64,000 nt of DNA from positions 96,403-160,402 of IMG/VR virus record IMGVR_UViG_3300047160_005224; one strand, 5' to 3'. The notes beneath the pieces were generated by a model. It was given only the letters and a program-made list of their open reading frames with translations, had not been told where the DNA came from and did not search any database. The stretch's first letter is position 1; every line of letters starts with the position of its first letter. The stretch is from a virus. Taxonomy: Duplodnaviria; Heunggongvirae; Uroviricota; Caudoviricetes. Positions 23,906 to 32,796 of this stretch are shown here, in pieces. The translations under genes were made by a program, and so were the position numbers.

Positions 23906-24976
23906 TTACAGGCGCGGCAACAATTGGAGCATCGTCTCGATGATTTGGAAGTGATCCTCAAACATGTTCGAAGATCCGATGTCATTCAGCGGAAGCCAGA
24001 AAGAACGCACCACGCCACCATCCGGATCACACTTGGTCTTAAGTTTCGGAAGATCCTTTGTGTCATCCAGCTTGATGAGGAATGCGGTGGTTACAGTTCT
24101 GCCGCGCAAAGAACGTTCCGGATCATCGAAGATCTCTTTGGCGACAATTCGTCCACGAAGAACTTCCTTCTGGATATTGATGCCGGTCTCTTCGTCCAGT
24201 TCGCGAAGCATCGAATCGACAAGCCGATCCTTCTGTTCGACGAAGCCACCAGGGAGACAGTACAATCCCTTGCCTGGTGTCTTACCACGTTCGCATAGAA
24301 GAATGTGACCCGATTGGATCACGACAGCGTCCACCGTCAAAAAGGTCGGTGGATATGGAGCGACTTCCCAACTCTTCTTGTACTTGGAGATGTCTTTGTA
24401 TTCCTCGATCAAACATTGGATCTGATCGGTATTCTTCAACAGCAAAAGCTTGTTGAAGACAGATTGCGGAACACTTCCGTGCGCGTAGGCAAGCTGATCC
24501 GTGAAATAGAACTCACGAATCTTCGTGGCGTCGATGTTGAAGCTTTCACCAGGACCGAGTTCCTTGTACGGAATCTCGCTGAAAGCGAAATTCGGGAACC
24601 AGTCGAGATAACGCGAGGTGTTGTCCTTGTTGTGACCTACCAAGACAACAGATCCCTTGCGCGGAAGCTTGTAGTGGTCCAGAATGACCTTCACACGTCC
24701 ATTGACGCGCGAGATCCACGCCTGATCGCTCGGGCTGTCAAACACATAAGTCACATCCGGCGCAGGAAGACCCAACTCCACGCAGGAGTTCAAGATCATC
24801 TGCTCGCGTTGTGCGATCGTGAATGGATTTTTGATGGTGCGTGGTCCGCCAGTATCACCTAGCAGGACCAGCACTCGATGAGCGATCTTGAACGCTTCCG
24901 AGATCAGATGCATGTGTCCGTTGTGAACAGGATGCATCCGACCGATGACAATTGCGACTTCGTATTGCTTGGACAT
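23906..24976 (-). CDS. natV: bifunctional NMN adenylyltransferase / Nudix ADP-ribose pyrophosphatase (NadM/NatV-like)
   Basis: N-terminal HxGH nucleotidyltransferase motif (HPVHNGH). C-terminal Nudix box GGFVEQKDRLVDSMLRELDEETGI. Confidence 0.75.
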   Translation of the reverse strand: MSKQYEVAIVIGRMHPVHNGHMHLISEAFKIAHRVLVLLGDTGGPRTIKNPFTIAQREQMILNSCVELGLPAPDVTYVFDSPSDQAWISRVNGRVKVILDHYKLPRKGSVVLVGHNKDNTSRYLDWFPNFAFSEIPYKELGPGESFNIDATKIREFYFTDQLAYAHGSVPQSVFNKLLLLKNTDQIQCLIEEYKDISKYKKSWEVAPYPPTFLTVDAVVIQSGHILLCERGKTPGKGLYCLPGGFVEQKDRLVDSMLRELDEETGINIQKEVLRGRIVAKEIFDDPERSLRGRTVTTAFLIKLDDTKDLPKLKTKCDPDGGVVRSFWLPLNDIGSSNMFEDHFQIIETMLQLLPRL

Positions 24977-25033
24977 TGAAACTCCTCCAATGTTTAGTTG
25001 TGAGAGAGGATCAGTTCCTCTCCCAATTATCTA

Positions 25034-25690
25034 TCAACGCTGTTCTTCGACCGGAAGCGCTTCCAAGACACGATGCGCGATATTCCATCGCGCCATCTTC
25101 TCGAAAGCGTCATAGCCCCAACCCGTATGGTAGATACGGTCATTGGTTTCGATGAGTCCCTTGAGGAACTTAGCGTTGCCTACAGCTATCATGTCGTATG
25201 GACGGAACAAAGCATACTCCATTACGACATCATCTGTGTTGTCCTTGAATTGGCGCCAAGGCAATGCCAACGATGCAAGATCAATGTCAAGCATCAGAGC
25301 TTCCAACTCAGTTTCCGGGATGTACTTGCCGTGCTTGGCGGTCGCCAAGATTAAATCTTCGGCATCCCGCTGGATGCTATACCATTCAGGATTGTTTATA
25401 GCAAGTGGATAGTCGACAGCGCAGTAGCGCATGAATTCGATGCTCTCAAATTCACTGTAGCCAGGAGTAACCATCTGAGCTTCTGCGTTGTAGATTGCAT
25501 CATGGAACCAGATGGCAATCTCAAGAGCCGTCCACTGTTCTTCCTTGAAGTGTTTGAACTCATCCTGCTTCTTGGCTTCTTCCATGCGAGCCAAACAGAA
25601 GTTGATGTGATTCAAATTGTGATAATGGCGACCAGGAGCACTATACAGCGCAACGAGTCGATGCATGTTATGAACAATGAAGTAGTTCAT
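25034..25690 (-). CDS. hypothetical protein with His-rich HD-like motifs (possible metal-dependent phosphohydrolase)
   Basis: 218 aa; motifs HYHNLNH and WFHDAIYN. Confidence 0.4.
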   Translation of the reverse strand: MNYFIVHNMHRLVALYSAPGRHYHNLNHINFCLARMEEAKKQDEFKHFKEEQWTALEIAIWFHDAIYNAEAQMVTPGYSEFESIEFMRYCAVDYPLAINNPEWYSIQRDAEDLILATAKHGKYIPETELEALMLDIDLASLALPWRQFKDNTDDVVMEYALFRPYDMIAVGNAKFLKGLIETNDRIYHTGWGYDAFEKMARWNIAHRVLEALPVEEQR

Positions 25691-26394
25691 TCGTCAACCT
25701 CAATCAGCATTGGTGGGTTCTTGCGCTTATAGGAACGATCTAGCATGGCGACATTGTAGAACGTTGTTCCATTCTTGGCGAGCACTCCATAGTTTTCATG
25801 GATGTGTCCACAGATCCAGATCTCGGGCTTAGCAACTTGCTGGAGAAAATTCCACGCTTTCACACCATAATGTGATCCGTCGAGAACGCCGAACGGAGGA
25901 CTATGCGTGACGACGATATCAACATGCTTGATATCCTCAAGCATGAAGTCCAGCATCCTATCCAAGTCTTGTTCAGTTCGATTGAATCCCCAGCCAGGCA
26001 GATCGGTCACGAAAGGAAGACCCAGAACAGTCATGCCGTTTGGCAATTTGTGGGTGAAGTATTTTGGGTGAGTGCCGAGCATTTGGACATGAGCATCAGT
26101 CCGCAGATCTTGGTTAGCAGGTCCGGTGAACAATTCGACGAAGATGTCATGATTGCCTGGAACATATAGCTTCAACGGAGCGTCTACTGTTGCCAGAGAA
26201 TCCACTCGACCATTCCACTCACCTTCGGTTCCATGGTACATCAAATCGCCAGCATGTACAAACACGTCGCATTCAGGAAACCAACGACTCTGACCTCTTA
26301 GTTCGTTGGTCTCATTGATCGCCTGAGCGTCAAAATTGAAGTGCGTGTCGGCAGTCGCCAAAATCTTAAAACTCACAAATCTCTCCATCAACAA
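25687..26394 (-). CDS. calcineurin-like metallophosphoesterase
   Basis: Motifs GDLMYHG, GNHD and GHIHEN. Confidence 0.7.
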   Translation of the reverse strand: MLMERFVSFKILATADTHFNFDAQAINETNELRGQSRWFPECDVFVHAGDLMYHGTEGEWNGRVDSLATVDAPLKLYVPGNHDIFVELFTGPANQDLRTDAHVQMLGTHPKYFTHKLPNGMTVLGLPFVTDLPGWGFNRTEQDLDRMLDFMLEDIKHVDIVVTHSPPFGVLDGSHYGVKAWNFLQQVAKPEIWICGHIHENYGVLAKNGTTFYNVAMLDRSYKRKNPPMLIEVDE

Positions 26395-26980
26395 AATGAT
26401 ATCTGGAACCTACGATCAAGTAATCGTACAGTTCGTGTTTGGTCATTTCACCCGCGTCTTTGTTCGGAGCGAAGTAGAACCAGTCACAACTCGAAGCCAA
26501 CCTTCTGCCCGCAGCATCATTGTCGCAAAAGCCGACCACACGACGAGAAATAGCAGATAGGAAAGAACGGAGACGAACTGGATCGTTGCCAAGAACAGCA
26601 AGGCAAGGATGACCAAGAGCATGAAACTTAACAGCATCGAAGACTCCTTCGACAAGAAAGACATAATGCGGATTGTAGGACAAAGTCTCTGTCCCAAACA
26701 TCGGCAGTTCGCCAGAGACAGCATGCGTGAAGTAGCGCAGGTCTCGTGGATTGAATTCTTTGGATGGCTTGTACTTTGGTGCATCAGGTTTGTATGTTTG
26801 GAAGCCCTGAAGCTTACCAATCTGACTGTACAACAAGAAGGTCGCAGTCCTCGAATCCTCATCAATGATTACATCATGTGATGATAGGATGCCACGTTCC
26901 TTCAGATGTTCACTCAGAGTCGTCAAACAATCGATCCAACAAGGCTGTTGAAAACACAATGATGATGGCAATGAATGCAA
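26366..26980 (-). CDS. Toprim-domain protein (small primase/topoisomerase-like)
   Basis: Toprim-like E...DxD region LVEGVFDAVKFHALG...GFCDNDAAGRR. Confidence 0.4.
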   Translation of the reverse strand: MHSLPSSLCFQQPCWIDCLTTLSEHLKERGILSSHDVIIDEDSRTATFLLYSQIGKLQGFQTYKPDAPKYKPSKEFNPRDLRYFTHAVSGELPMFGTETLSYNPHYVFLVEGVFDAVKFHALGHPCLAVLGNDPVRLRSFLSAISRRVVGFCDNDAAGRRLASSCDWFYFAPNKDAGEMTKHELYDYLIVGSRYHFVDGEICEF

Positions 26981-27054
26981 TGACGAATGTTATGAACATC
27001 GTCCCTGCTATCATAATCACCAAGAAATCAGAGTCACTCATAGTTTACTTCATC

Positions 27055-27093
27055 CATAAAACAAAGAAACCCCAGCCGGTTAGGACTGGGGTT
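27055..27093 (-). terminator. rho-independent terminator after the vWA gene
   Basis: Hairpin CCCCAGUCCUAACCGGCUGGGG followed on the minus strand by UUUCUUUGUUUUAU. Confidence 0.6.
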
Positions 27094-27110
27094 GCTTCGA
27101 GCACTGTCGA

Positions 27111-28544
27111 TCAGAGATCGTAGCGCGGGTTCATCAGGGTCTTCAGCATGACCGACTCGGGAGTCATCAGCTGGGCACCCAGGATCGACTTCGCGATCGA
27201 CGGCGAGAAGCCAGAGATCAGAGCAGCACCAGACTGGTGCTGGGTGACCGGACTGTTGCCGACACGACCGTTGACGTTCCAGAACACCAGCTGCGGCATC
27301 GCGTAACCAGCCGCCTTGTACTTCGCTTCGATGTTCTCGAAGTTGGTAGAGCGGTTGGCAGCGCAGGAGTCGAACTCCATGTCCGAAATCACCAGCACCT
27401 TGGTCGGCAGGTCTTCGTTCGACAGACCGTGCTTCTTCGCGGTGTTGAGGATCAACTCGAACGCAGCCTGGAGATTGGTGTTCATCTCCCACTTCGCGGT
27501 CTCGAGCTGCGACACACGATCACGCAGAGTTCCCTTAACGACCTGGAGCGTCGGAGTGTTCGAGAACGTGATGAACGCATCCTTGAACGGTCCGTTCAGC
27601 TTCTCGGACACGTACAATGCCAGCGAGATGCAGATGTCCATCGGAGTGACGTTGCCGATGTTTCCGCGATTGGTGCCATAGCCCCAGTTAGTCATCGACC
27701 CAGAGGTGTCGGCGACCACGATCAGGCGCTCGTCGGAACCTTCCAGCCAATTCGGCAGAGCCTTCCACTGCTCATTGGCAGCGTCCTGCTCGACCTTGTT
27801 GTAGGAAGCACGCAGCGAACGGATGATGTCGTACGGGAACACCGCCGAGGCGTTGATCTTGGCTTCGCCAGCCTGGACCTTTGTCACGAAGGTCTGGAAC
27901 TTCTCTGGCGCGCGCTTCGAGAAGGCACGCTTGTAGCGAGCGAACGCCACGGACGGAACCTGGTTGTACTTGATTTCGTCCCACTTGCCGGCGCACATCG
28001 CCTGCTCGACGGTGTTCGACAGATTGACGATCGTCTTGCGGTACTGCTTTGGCGTGTAGCCAAGCAAATGACGTAAGCGGACAGCGTCTTCGCCCTTGCG
28101 AGGCAGCCACTTTGCCAACAGACCATTCTTCTGTGCGATACCTTCGCGCACTAGTTCGACGACTTCGTTTTCGATCGGCGAACGCAGACCGATGAGAATG
28201 TCGTCCCAGCGACCGAGTTCCGGAACCTTGGTCAGGACCGCGAGAGCGGCATCCTTGTGGTTGCGGATCAGCCAGCCGAACAGATTGCGAAACTGCTGAC
28301 GTTCACCAGCACCTTCGCGAGCATCACGCAGCCACTGGACCAGGCGCAGAGCCAGGTATTCGTCTTCGGCAAAAGCCTTGGCGAACTGAGCGGTGAGGTC
28401 ATTGCCACGAGACGCGCCGGCGATGAAGAACAGATCCACGAGCGCCGACAGCGAGGACTTGAAGGTCTTTGCGCCATTGTAGGTCTGGGCAGTGTTCTGC
28501 GAGGCAGAAGATGCGATTGCGTTGACGAGCTTGTTACGTGCCAT
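27111..28544 (-). CDS. vWA-domain protein with long alpha-helical N-terminal domain (possibly TROVE/Ro60-like)
   Basis: 477 aa; MIDAS motif VVADTSGSMT in the C-terminal third. TROVE assignment is inference from domain layout only. Confidence 0.5.
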   Translation of the reverse strand: MARNKLVNAIASSASQNTAQTYNGAKTFKSSLSALVDLFFIAGASRGNDLTAQFAKAFAEDEYLALRLVQWLRDAREGAGERQQFRNLFGWLIRNHKDAALAVLTKVPELGRWDDILIGLRSPIENEVVELVREGIAQKNGLLAKWLPRKGEDAVRLRHLLGYTPKQYRKTIVNLSNTVEQAMCAGKWDEIKYNQVPSVAFARYKRAFSKRAPEKFQTFVTKVQAGEAKINASAVFPYDIIRSLRASYNKVEQDAANEQWKALPNWLEGSDERLIVVADTSGSMTNWGYGTNRGNIGNVTPMDICISLALYVSEKLNGPFKDAFITFSNTPTLQVVKGTLRDRVSQLETAKWEMNTNLQAAFELILNTAKKHGLSNEDLPTKVLVISDMEFDSCAANRSTNFENIEAKYKAAGYAMPQLVFWNVNGRVGNSPVTQHQSGAALISGFSPSIAKSILGAQLMTPESVMLKTLMNPRYDL

Positions 28545-28586
28545 GATGTAACTCCTTACGGATTGAGTTGGGTTTGTTTGCGGATT

Positions 28587-29072
28587 TCAATCCCAGTCGT
28601 TCGCACCATGTTGCTCAGGTGCGAACTCCAAGTTTGGACAAAACTTTTGCTTATGAGCCGTGTACAACGTCGATACGAATCCAGGCTCAGGAGTCGTACC
28701 ATTGCGCTTCTTGCGCCTTCTATCCGAAAGATATGTTACGCCTTCATGGACACAAAAGATAGCGCCGATCACCAAAAGAATTGCTTGGAGAATCAGCCCA
28801 ACCATACCCATTGCTTCAACTCCATGAAGTTCTTTGACATAGAAATAGAAGCCAAAGCCTTTGACGATGCACACAATCCAGAAAACAAGAATTGAGAACA
28901 CCGCCGAAGCAGCAAGCATCGCAAAGAACGAAAACAACAACATTCCCAGCGTGATGACGCGAGCATACTTGCAGAAGTTTGGTTGATGCCAACCACGTTG
29001 CATGGAAGTGTAGCTTTGTGAGGTGAAGAAAGAGTAGATCCAGAAGTGCCAGGAATTCTCTTTGATGAACAT
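28587..29072 (-). CDS. integral membrane protein (161 aa, ~4 TM)
   Basis: Hydrophobic minus ORF. Confidence 0.5.
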   Translation of the reverse strand: MFIKENSWHFWIYSFFTSQSYTSMQRGWHQPNFCKYARVITLGMLLFSFFAMLAASAVFSILVFWIVCIVKGFGFYFYVKELHGVEAMGMVGLILQAILLVIGAIFCVHEGVTYLSDRRRKKRNGTTPEPGFVSTLYTAHKQKFCPNLEFAPEQHGANDWD

Positions 29073-29082
29073 GATATAGATC

Positions 29083-29319
29083 TCAGGGTTTGATTGAGAA
29101 ACTCAATTTGCGCTCAACGGTGAGCTCTTCGAGACGGAAAGCACGAAACGACTTTCGCCAGTAAGCGTTCTGTTGTTTGTCGTTGTTCTCGATCCACTCA
29201 AGGAGTTTGATTTCATCATCAAACTCCTTGAGCACTTCCACTTGAACAGACCGTGGATGATCCGGATCGTAGTAATCATGCTCAGCTCGCGTCTCTTTGT
29301 AGATGACGGCGAACTTTGT
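29083..29319 (-). CDS. hypothetical protein (~78 aa, start MTKFAVIYKE)
   Basis: Minus ORF, trimmed from 29400. Confidence 0.4.
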   Translation of the reverse strand, partial: TKFAVIYKETRAEHDYYDPDHPRSVQVEVLKEFDDEIKLLEWIENNDKQQNAYWRKSFRAFRLEELTVERKLSFSIKP

Positions 29320-29324
29320 CATGA

Positions 29325-30314
29325 TCAGAACTTCATCAAGAACGTCTGGCCAGGAATCAGCTTGCGGTTCGTGCTGGTCGATTGGACGTAGATCTGCCAA
29401 TCACCGAAGTCGCCGGGCTTGACATTGGTTTCGTAGCCCGGAAGACCCAGCACATTGCGAGCGTTGGCACCGGAGTAGATCTTGCCGTCCTTGCGGTTGC
29501 GGATCGCGATCTGCTTCTGACCCTGGATCGTTTCCGGCTTGGTCAGTTCGTAGAACACCGAACCGAGGATGTAGCCGCGACCCGTCACCTGCTGAGTGTA
29601 TTCGCGGATCGGCTGCGCACTGGTTGCAGTCACCGAGTATTGACGGAAGGAATTATCTTCGACGAGAGCCGCCTTGACGTCGCTCGTGGTCAGATTCTTG
29701 GTGTCGACGAACAGGCGAGTCGAGCCGACCGAACCGGAAGCACGGCTGACGCTGTAGCTCTGATAAGTGTCGACCAAGCGACGACCAACTTCTTCGAAGC
29801 CAGTACTGGAGCGCGTGTTCCAGACTTCGATGTTGCCAGCCGGGAAGCCGCAGTTCTTGGCATAGTGCACGCCAGAGATGTCCGGAACCAGAGCAGCGAC
29901 AGTCCAGTTTTCCGGCAGAGAACTGATCAGGCTCTTCAGCGTGAAAGCGCTGACCTTGCGAGAAGCGTTCTCCTGGCCATCGGTGATTGCATACAGCAGA
30001 TAGCTGTGATCTTCATCGGCGCCGGTGAGGAGGTTCTTGTGTTCGCTGATGGCTTGTTCGACCGCATCGAGGAGAGCAGTCTGGCCATTGGAATTGAAGC
30101 GGAAATCGGCGAGAGCTTCTGGATGACGCAGATGGAGCTTGCGCTCGACACGGTCATTGAAGGTATAGAGGGAGATGCGGGTGACCTGTTCTGCCTGAGA
30201 CAGCGGGTCCTTGAGACCACGGATCACCTGCTCGACGGCGCGAGCATGGGAGGACATGGAGCCAGAAGCGTCCACGACGAAGATGACATTGTTGACGAGA
30301 GTCTTGTTCGACAT
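29325..30314 (-). CDS. vWA-domain protein (second copy; ~330 aa from MSNKTLVNN)
   Basis: MIDAS motif FVVDASGSMS near the N-terminus. Confidence 0.6.
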   Translation of the reverse strand: MSNKTLVNNVIFVVDASGSMSSHARAVEQVIRGLKDPLSQAEQVTRISLYTFNDRVERKLHLRHPEALADFRFNSNGQTALLDAVEQAISEHKNLLTGADEDHSYLLYAITDGQENASRKVSAFTLKSLISSLPENWTVAALVPDISGVHYAKNCGFPAGNIEVWNTRSSTGFEEVGRRLVDTYQSYSVSRASGSVGSTRLFVDTKNLTTSDVKAALVEDNSFRQYSVTATSAQPIREYTQQVTGRGYILGSVFYELTKPETIQGQKQIAIRNRKDGKIYSGANARNVLGLPGYETNVKPGDFGDWQIYVQSTSTNRKLIPGQTFLMKF

Positions 30315-30477
30315 TGCGGTGTATTCCTTGTATGGATCGTGTGAGATGTATTGCGATGTGTATCGTCGTATGTCTTTGTATCTCGTTGGCGGAAGGAGGA
30401 GGTCTCGATCCCCAGTCAGTTGCCCGACCAGAACGCTTTCCAGGCGCCTCCAGCACCCCGGCTGGTTCACCTTCCAT

Positions 30478-30550
30478 TGGACTCCCCGACAGGACTCGAA
30501 CCTGCAGATGGCTCACTAGGATTAAGCCGTTGATCCAATTCAACGAGGAG
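30478..30550 (-). tRNA. aberrant tRNA-like gene (9-nt loop AAUCCUAGU between GGCUU/GAGCC)
   Basis: Acceptor CUCCUCG/CGGGGAG plus U-CCA is good. T-arm GCAGG-UUCGAGU-CCUGU. D-arm UUGA-AUUGGA-UCAA. Anticodon loop is non-canonical. Confidence 0.35.
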
Positions 30551-30623
30551 ATACTACAAGCATAGCGAGATGGAGCACCAAGGGAAACGAATTTCCCTCA
30601 ATGCTCATCTATATAGCAACGCA

Positions 30624-30884
30624 TCAACCACTTTCGTACGGGACTTTGTACGGATGTGGCCTCAGTTTGCGCAACCAGTCAAGATCGAGACGACGCCTTC
30701 GACCATCACGACAAACATTGAAGCCTGTTGGGAAGAAGTAGTGAGCATAACGAACAGCGTGAGCCAGTTTGAGAGGACGCAATGTCCCGCCCATCTTCAG
30801 CGAGTAGACCACTTCTTCCTGCGGATGCCAGAAGTATCCATGATATCCTGGCACCGCAATCAGTTCTGACGGAAGCGTGTTCAC
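30624..30884 (-). CDS. hypothetical protein (86 aa)
   Basis: Minus ORF. Confidence 0.35.
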   Translation of the reverse strand: MNTLPSELIAVPGYHGYFWHPQEEVVYSLKMGGTLRPLKLAHAVRYAHYFFPTGFNVCRDGRRRRLDLDWLRKLRPHPYKVPYESG

Positions 30885-31489
30885 AAGTTCAAACCCACGA
30901 CCAACGTAAGAATGAGCATGAGGATCGCGAACACGCCAGTGTTGTAGTCATCACGCTCGCGAGTGACGGACGCGACCCGACGAACTTGGAATGCGCCCCA
31001 GAGAATCGGGTGGAACTCGTACGTCACGTCGCGCGAGATCCGGTTGTTGATGAACCACCACATGCCCACCATGAACATCACGAATGGCACCGCGAAGAGC
31101 TTGCCGCCGATGAACTTGATCACCAACACAAACGCAATGAGCGTTCCTGCAGGCGACTTGAGGAATTCGTTGACGGTGACGCCAAGGTTCTTTGCCAGAT
31201 CGGAGATTGCTCCTCCGACGCCTTTGGCTCCTTCGCCGAGACCTTCACCGATTCCCTTGGCGACAGTGGCGACATTTTGGGCGGTCTGCGCAGATTGTGC
31301 CACCTGTTGGGCCACCGTGACCTTGGGTGCACAGGATTCGGCGATGCCTTGGTATTCGATGGTGGACTTCTGCTTGTACAGTTCCGCGAGGTGATCGCAC
31401 GGATTGTAGGAAGTCGCATCGGCAGCATTGGCGAACGAGGGAATGAACGCCAGAACGATCAGGAGCAGAATTGCACGAAGGAAACGCAT
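30881..31489 (-). CDS. secreted/membrane protein (~202 aa; signal peptide then Ala/Gly/Gln-rich region and C-terminal TMs)
   Basis: Start MRFLRAILLLIVLAFIPSFANA. Confidence 0.5.
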   Translation of the reverse strand: MRFLRAILLLIVLAFIPSFANAADATSYNPCDHLAELYKQKSTIEYQGIAESCAPKVTVAQQVAQSAQTAQNVATVAKGIGEGLGEGAKGVGGAISDLAKNLGVTVNEFLKSPAGTLIAFVLVIKFIGGKLFAVPFVMFMVGMWWFINNRISRDVTYEFHPILWGAFQVRRVASVTRERDDYNTGVFAILMLILTLVVGLNL

Positions 31490-31546
31490 GATGTAAATTC
31501 CTTGAATTGAGAAAGAGGGAGTGGCCAAGCCACTCCCTCAGATGGA

Positions 31547-32434
31547 TCACTTGCTGCTTTGCGGAACCTGGAGCAGAAGCTTGCCCTGGTCAGCGCCGAT
31601 GAACAGCGTTCCAGGATAGTGGCCATCCCAACGCTCGGCGAGCGTCAGATTGACCAGTTCCTGGTTCTGTCGCAGAGCATCGCCCTTGATTTGGATCGAC
31701 TGAGCTTCCGCCTTGGCCATCGTCAGCTTGGCATCGGCATCACCCTGTGCTTTGGCGCGTTCGATGTTCGCCTGGGCTTGTGCCTGGGCCACTTCGTTCT
31801 CGCGCGTCAAAGCCTTTTGCGTCGCCGTGATCTTGGCATTCAGGGCTTCCTGGACGGTTTCCGGTAGACCCAGACGACCGATCCACGTCAGCTTCTCGAC
31901 CACCAGACCATCGGAGGCGAGCTGTTTGGCGACATCGATCTGTACATCCTGCAACAGCCGGGACTTCTGCGGTCCGTTGATTTCTTCGACGGACATCACC
32001 GAGGCATGGCGTACCAGGGAATCCTGCACATAGCGCCGGATCACCAATTGCGAGATCTCGTCGATGCCCTTGCGATACTTCTGGAACAGGACCGCTGCCT
32101 TGGACGGATCGACGTGGTAGCTGATGCCGATGTCGGAGCTGATGTTCAGTCCGTCCTTGTCCTGGAAGGTCATGCCTTCATTGCCGGTCCAGGAATCGTT
32201 CTGGGTGAACGTCGGGTACAGGTACAGTTCCTGCTGCCAGCCGATCCACTGGCGACCGACGCCTAGCACTTCGTTGTCGACGCCACGATCGGTGCCGAGC
32301 AGGTAGACCTTGATACCGACATTGCCAGCGGGAACCTTCTCCCAGCAGGAAACGGTGTAGACGCCGAACACCAGGACCAGCACAGCCACGATGGTGGCAA
32401 CCAAACGACCTAACATGATGTAGATACTCCTCAC
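31547..32434 (-). CDS. SPFH/band-7 (stomatin/prohibitin/HflKC-like) membrane protein
   Basis: N-terminal TM, band-7 core, C-terminal coiled coil (QAQAQANIERAKAQGDADAKL). Confidence 0.65.
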   Translation of the reverse strand: MRSIYIMLGRLVATIVAVLVLVFGVYTVSCWEKVPAGNVGIKVYLLGTDRGVDNEVLGVGRQWIGWQQELYLYPTFTQNDSWTGNEGMTFQDKDGLNISSDIGISYHVDPSKAAVLFQKYRKGIDEISQLVIRRYVQDSLVRHASVMSVEEINGPQKSRLLQDVQIDVAKQLASDGLVVEKLTWIGRLGLPETVQEALNAKITATQKALTRENEVAQAQAQANIERAKAQGDADAKLTMAKAEAQSIQIKGDALRQNQELVNLTLAERWDGHYPGTLFIGADQGKLLLQVPQSSK

Positions 32435-32452
32435 TTTGGGTTGATGAAGCGG

Positions 32453-32674
32453 TTACGACTTGGGTGCAGAATCCTTGCGCAAGAGATTGCGGATCAGATT
32501 CAGGAAGCACGTCGCCGCGATGGCAACGAGCAGGATCAGCGATGCCACGGCAGCACCTACCGTCCAGTTGGATGGATAGGAGAGCAGATATGGCAAACCG
32601 ATGCGGCAGAACACGAAGCCAGCAACGACTGCGAGCAGCGTGCTGAAGATGTCGAAGAACGAAACCTTGTTCAT
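32453..32674 (-). CDS. small membrane protein (73 aa, 2 TM)
   Basis: Hydrophobic minus ORF. Confidence 0.4.
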   Translation of the reverse strand: MNKVSFFDIFSTLLAVVAGFVFCRIGLPYLLSYPSNWTVGAAVASLILLVAIAATCFLNLIRNLLRKDSAPKS

Positions 32675-32796
32675 GGTGAATCCTTAGGGATGAGCAGGCG
32701 GATCTTTGGTGATCTCACGGACAATGAACAGCACCACGAGGAGCATCAGTGCTCCGATCCAAAACGCGTTGCTGTATTCAATGTACACGATTGACC

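Noticed and set aside
30154-30543. ORF 30154-30543 (-), 129 aa
   Set aside because: Overlaps the vWA gene in another frame and the tRNA-like gene at 30478-30550.
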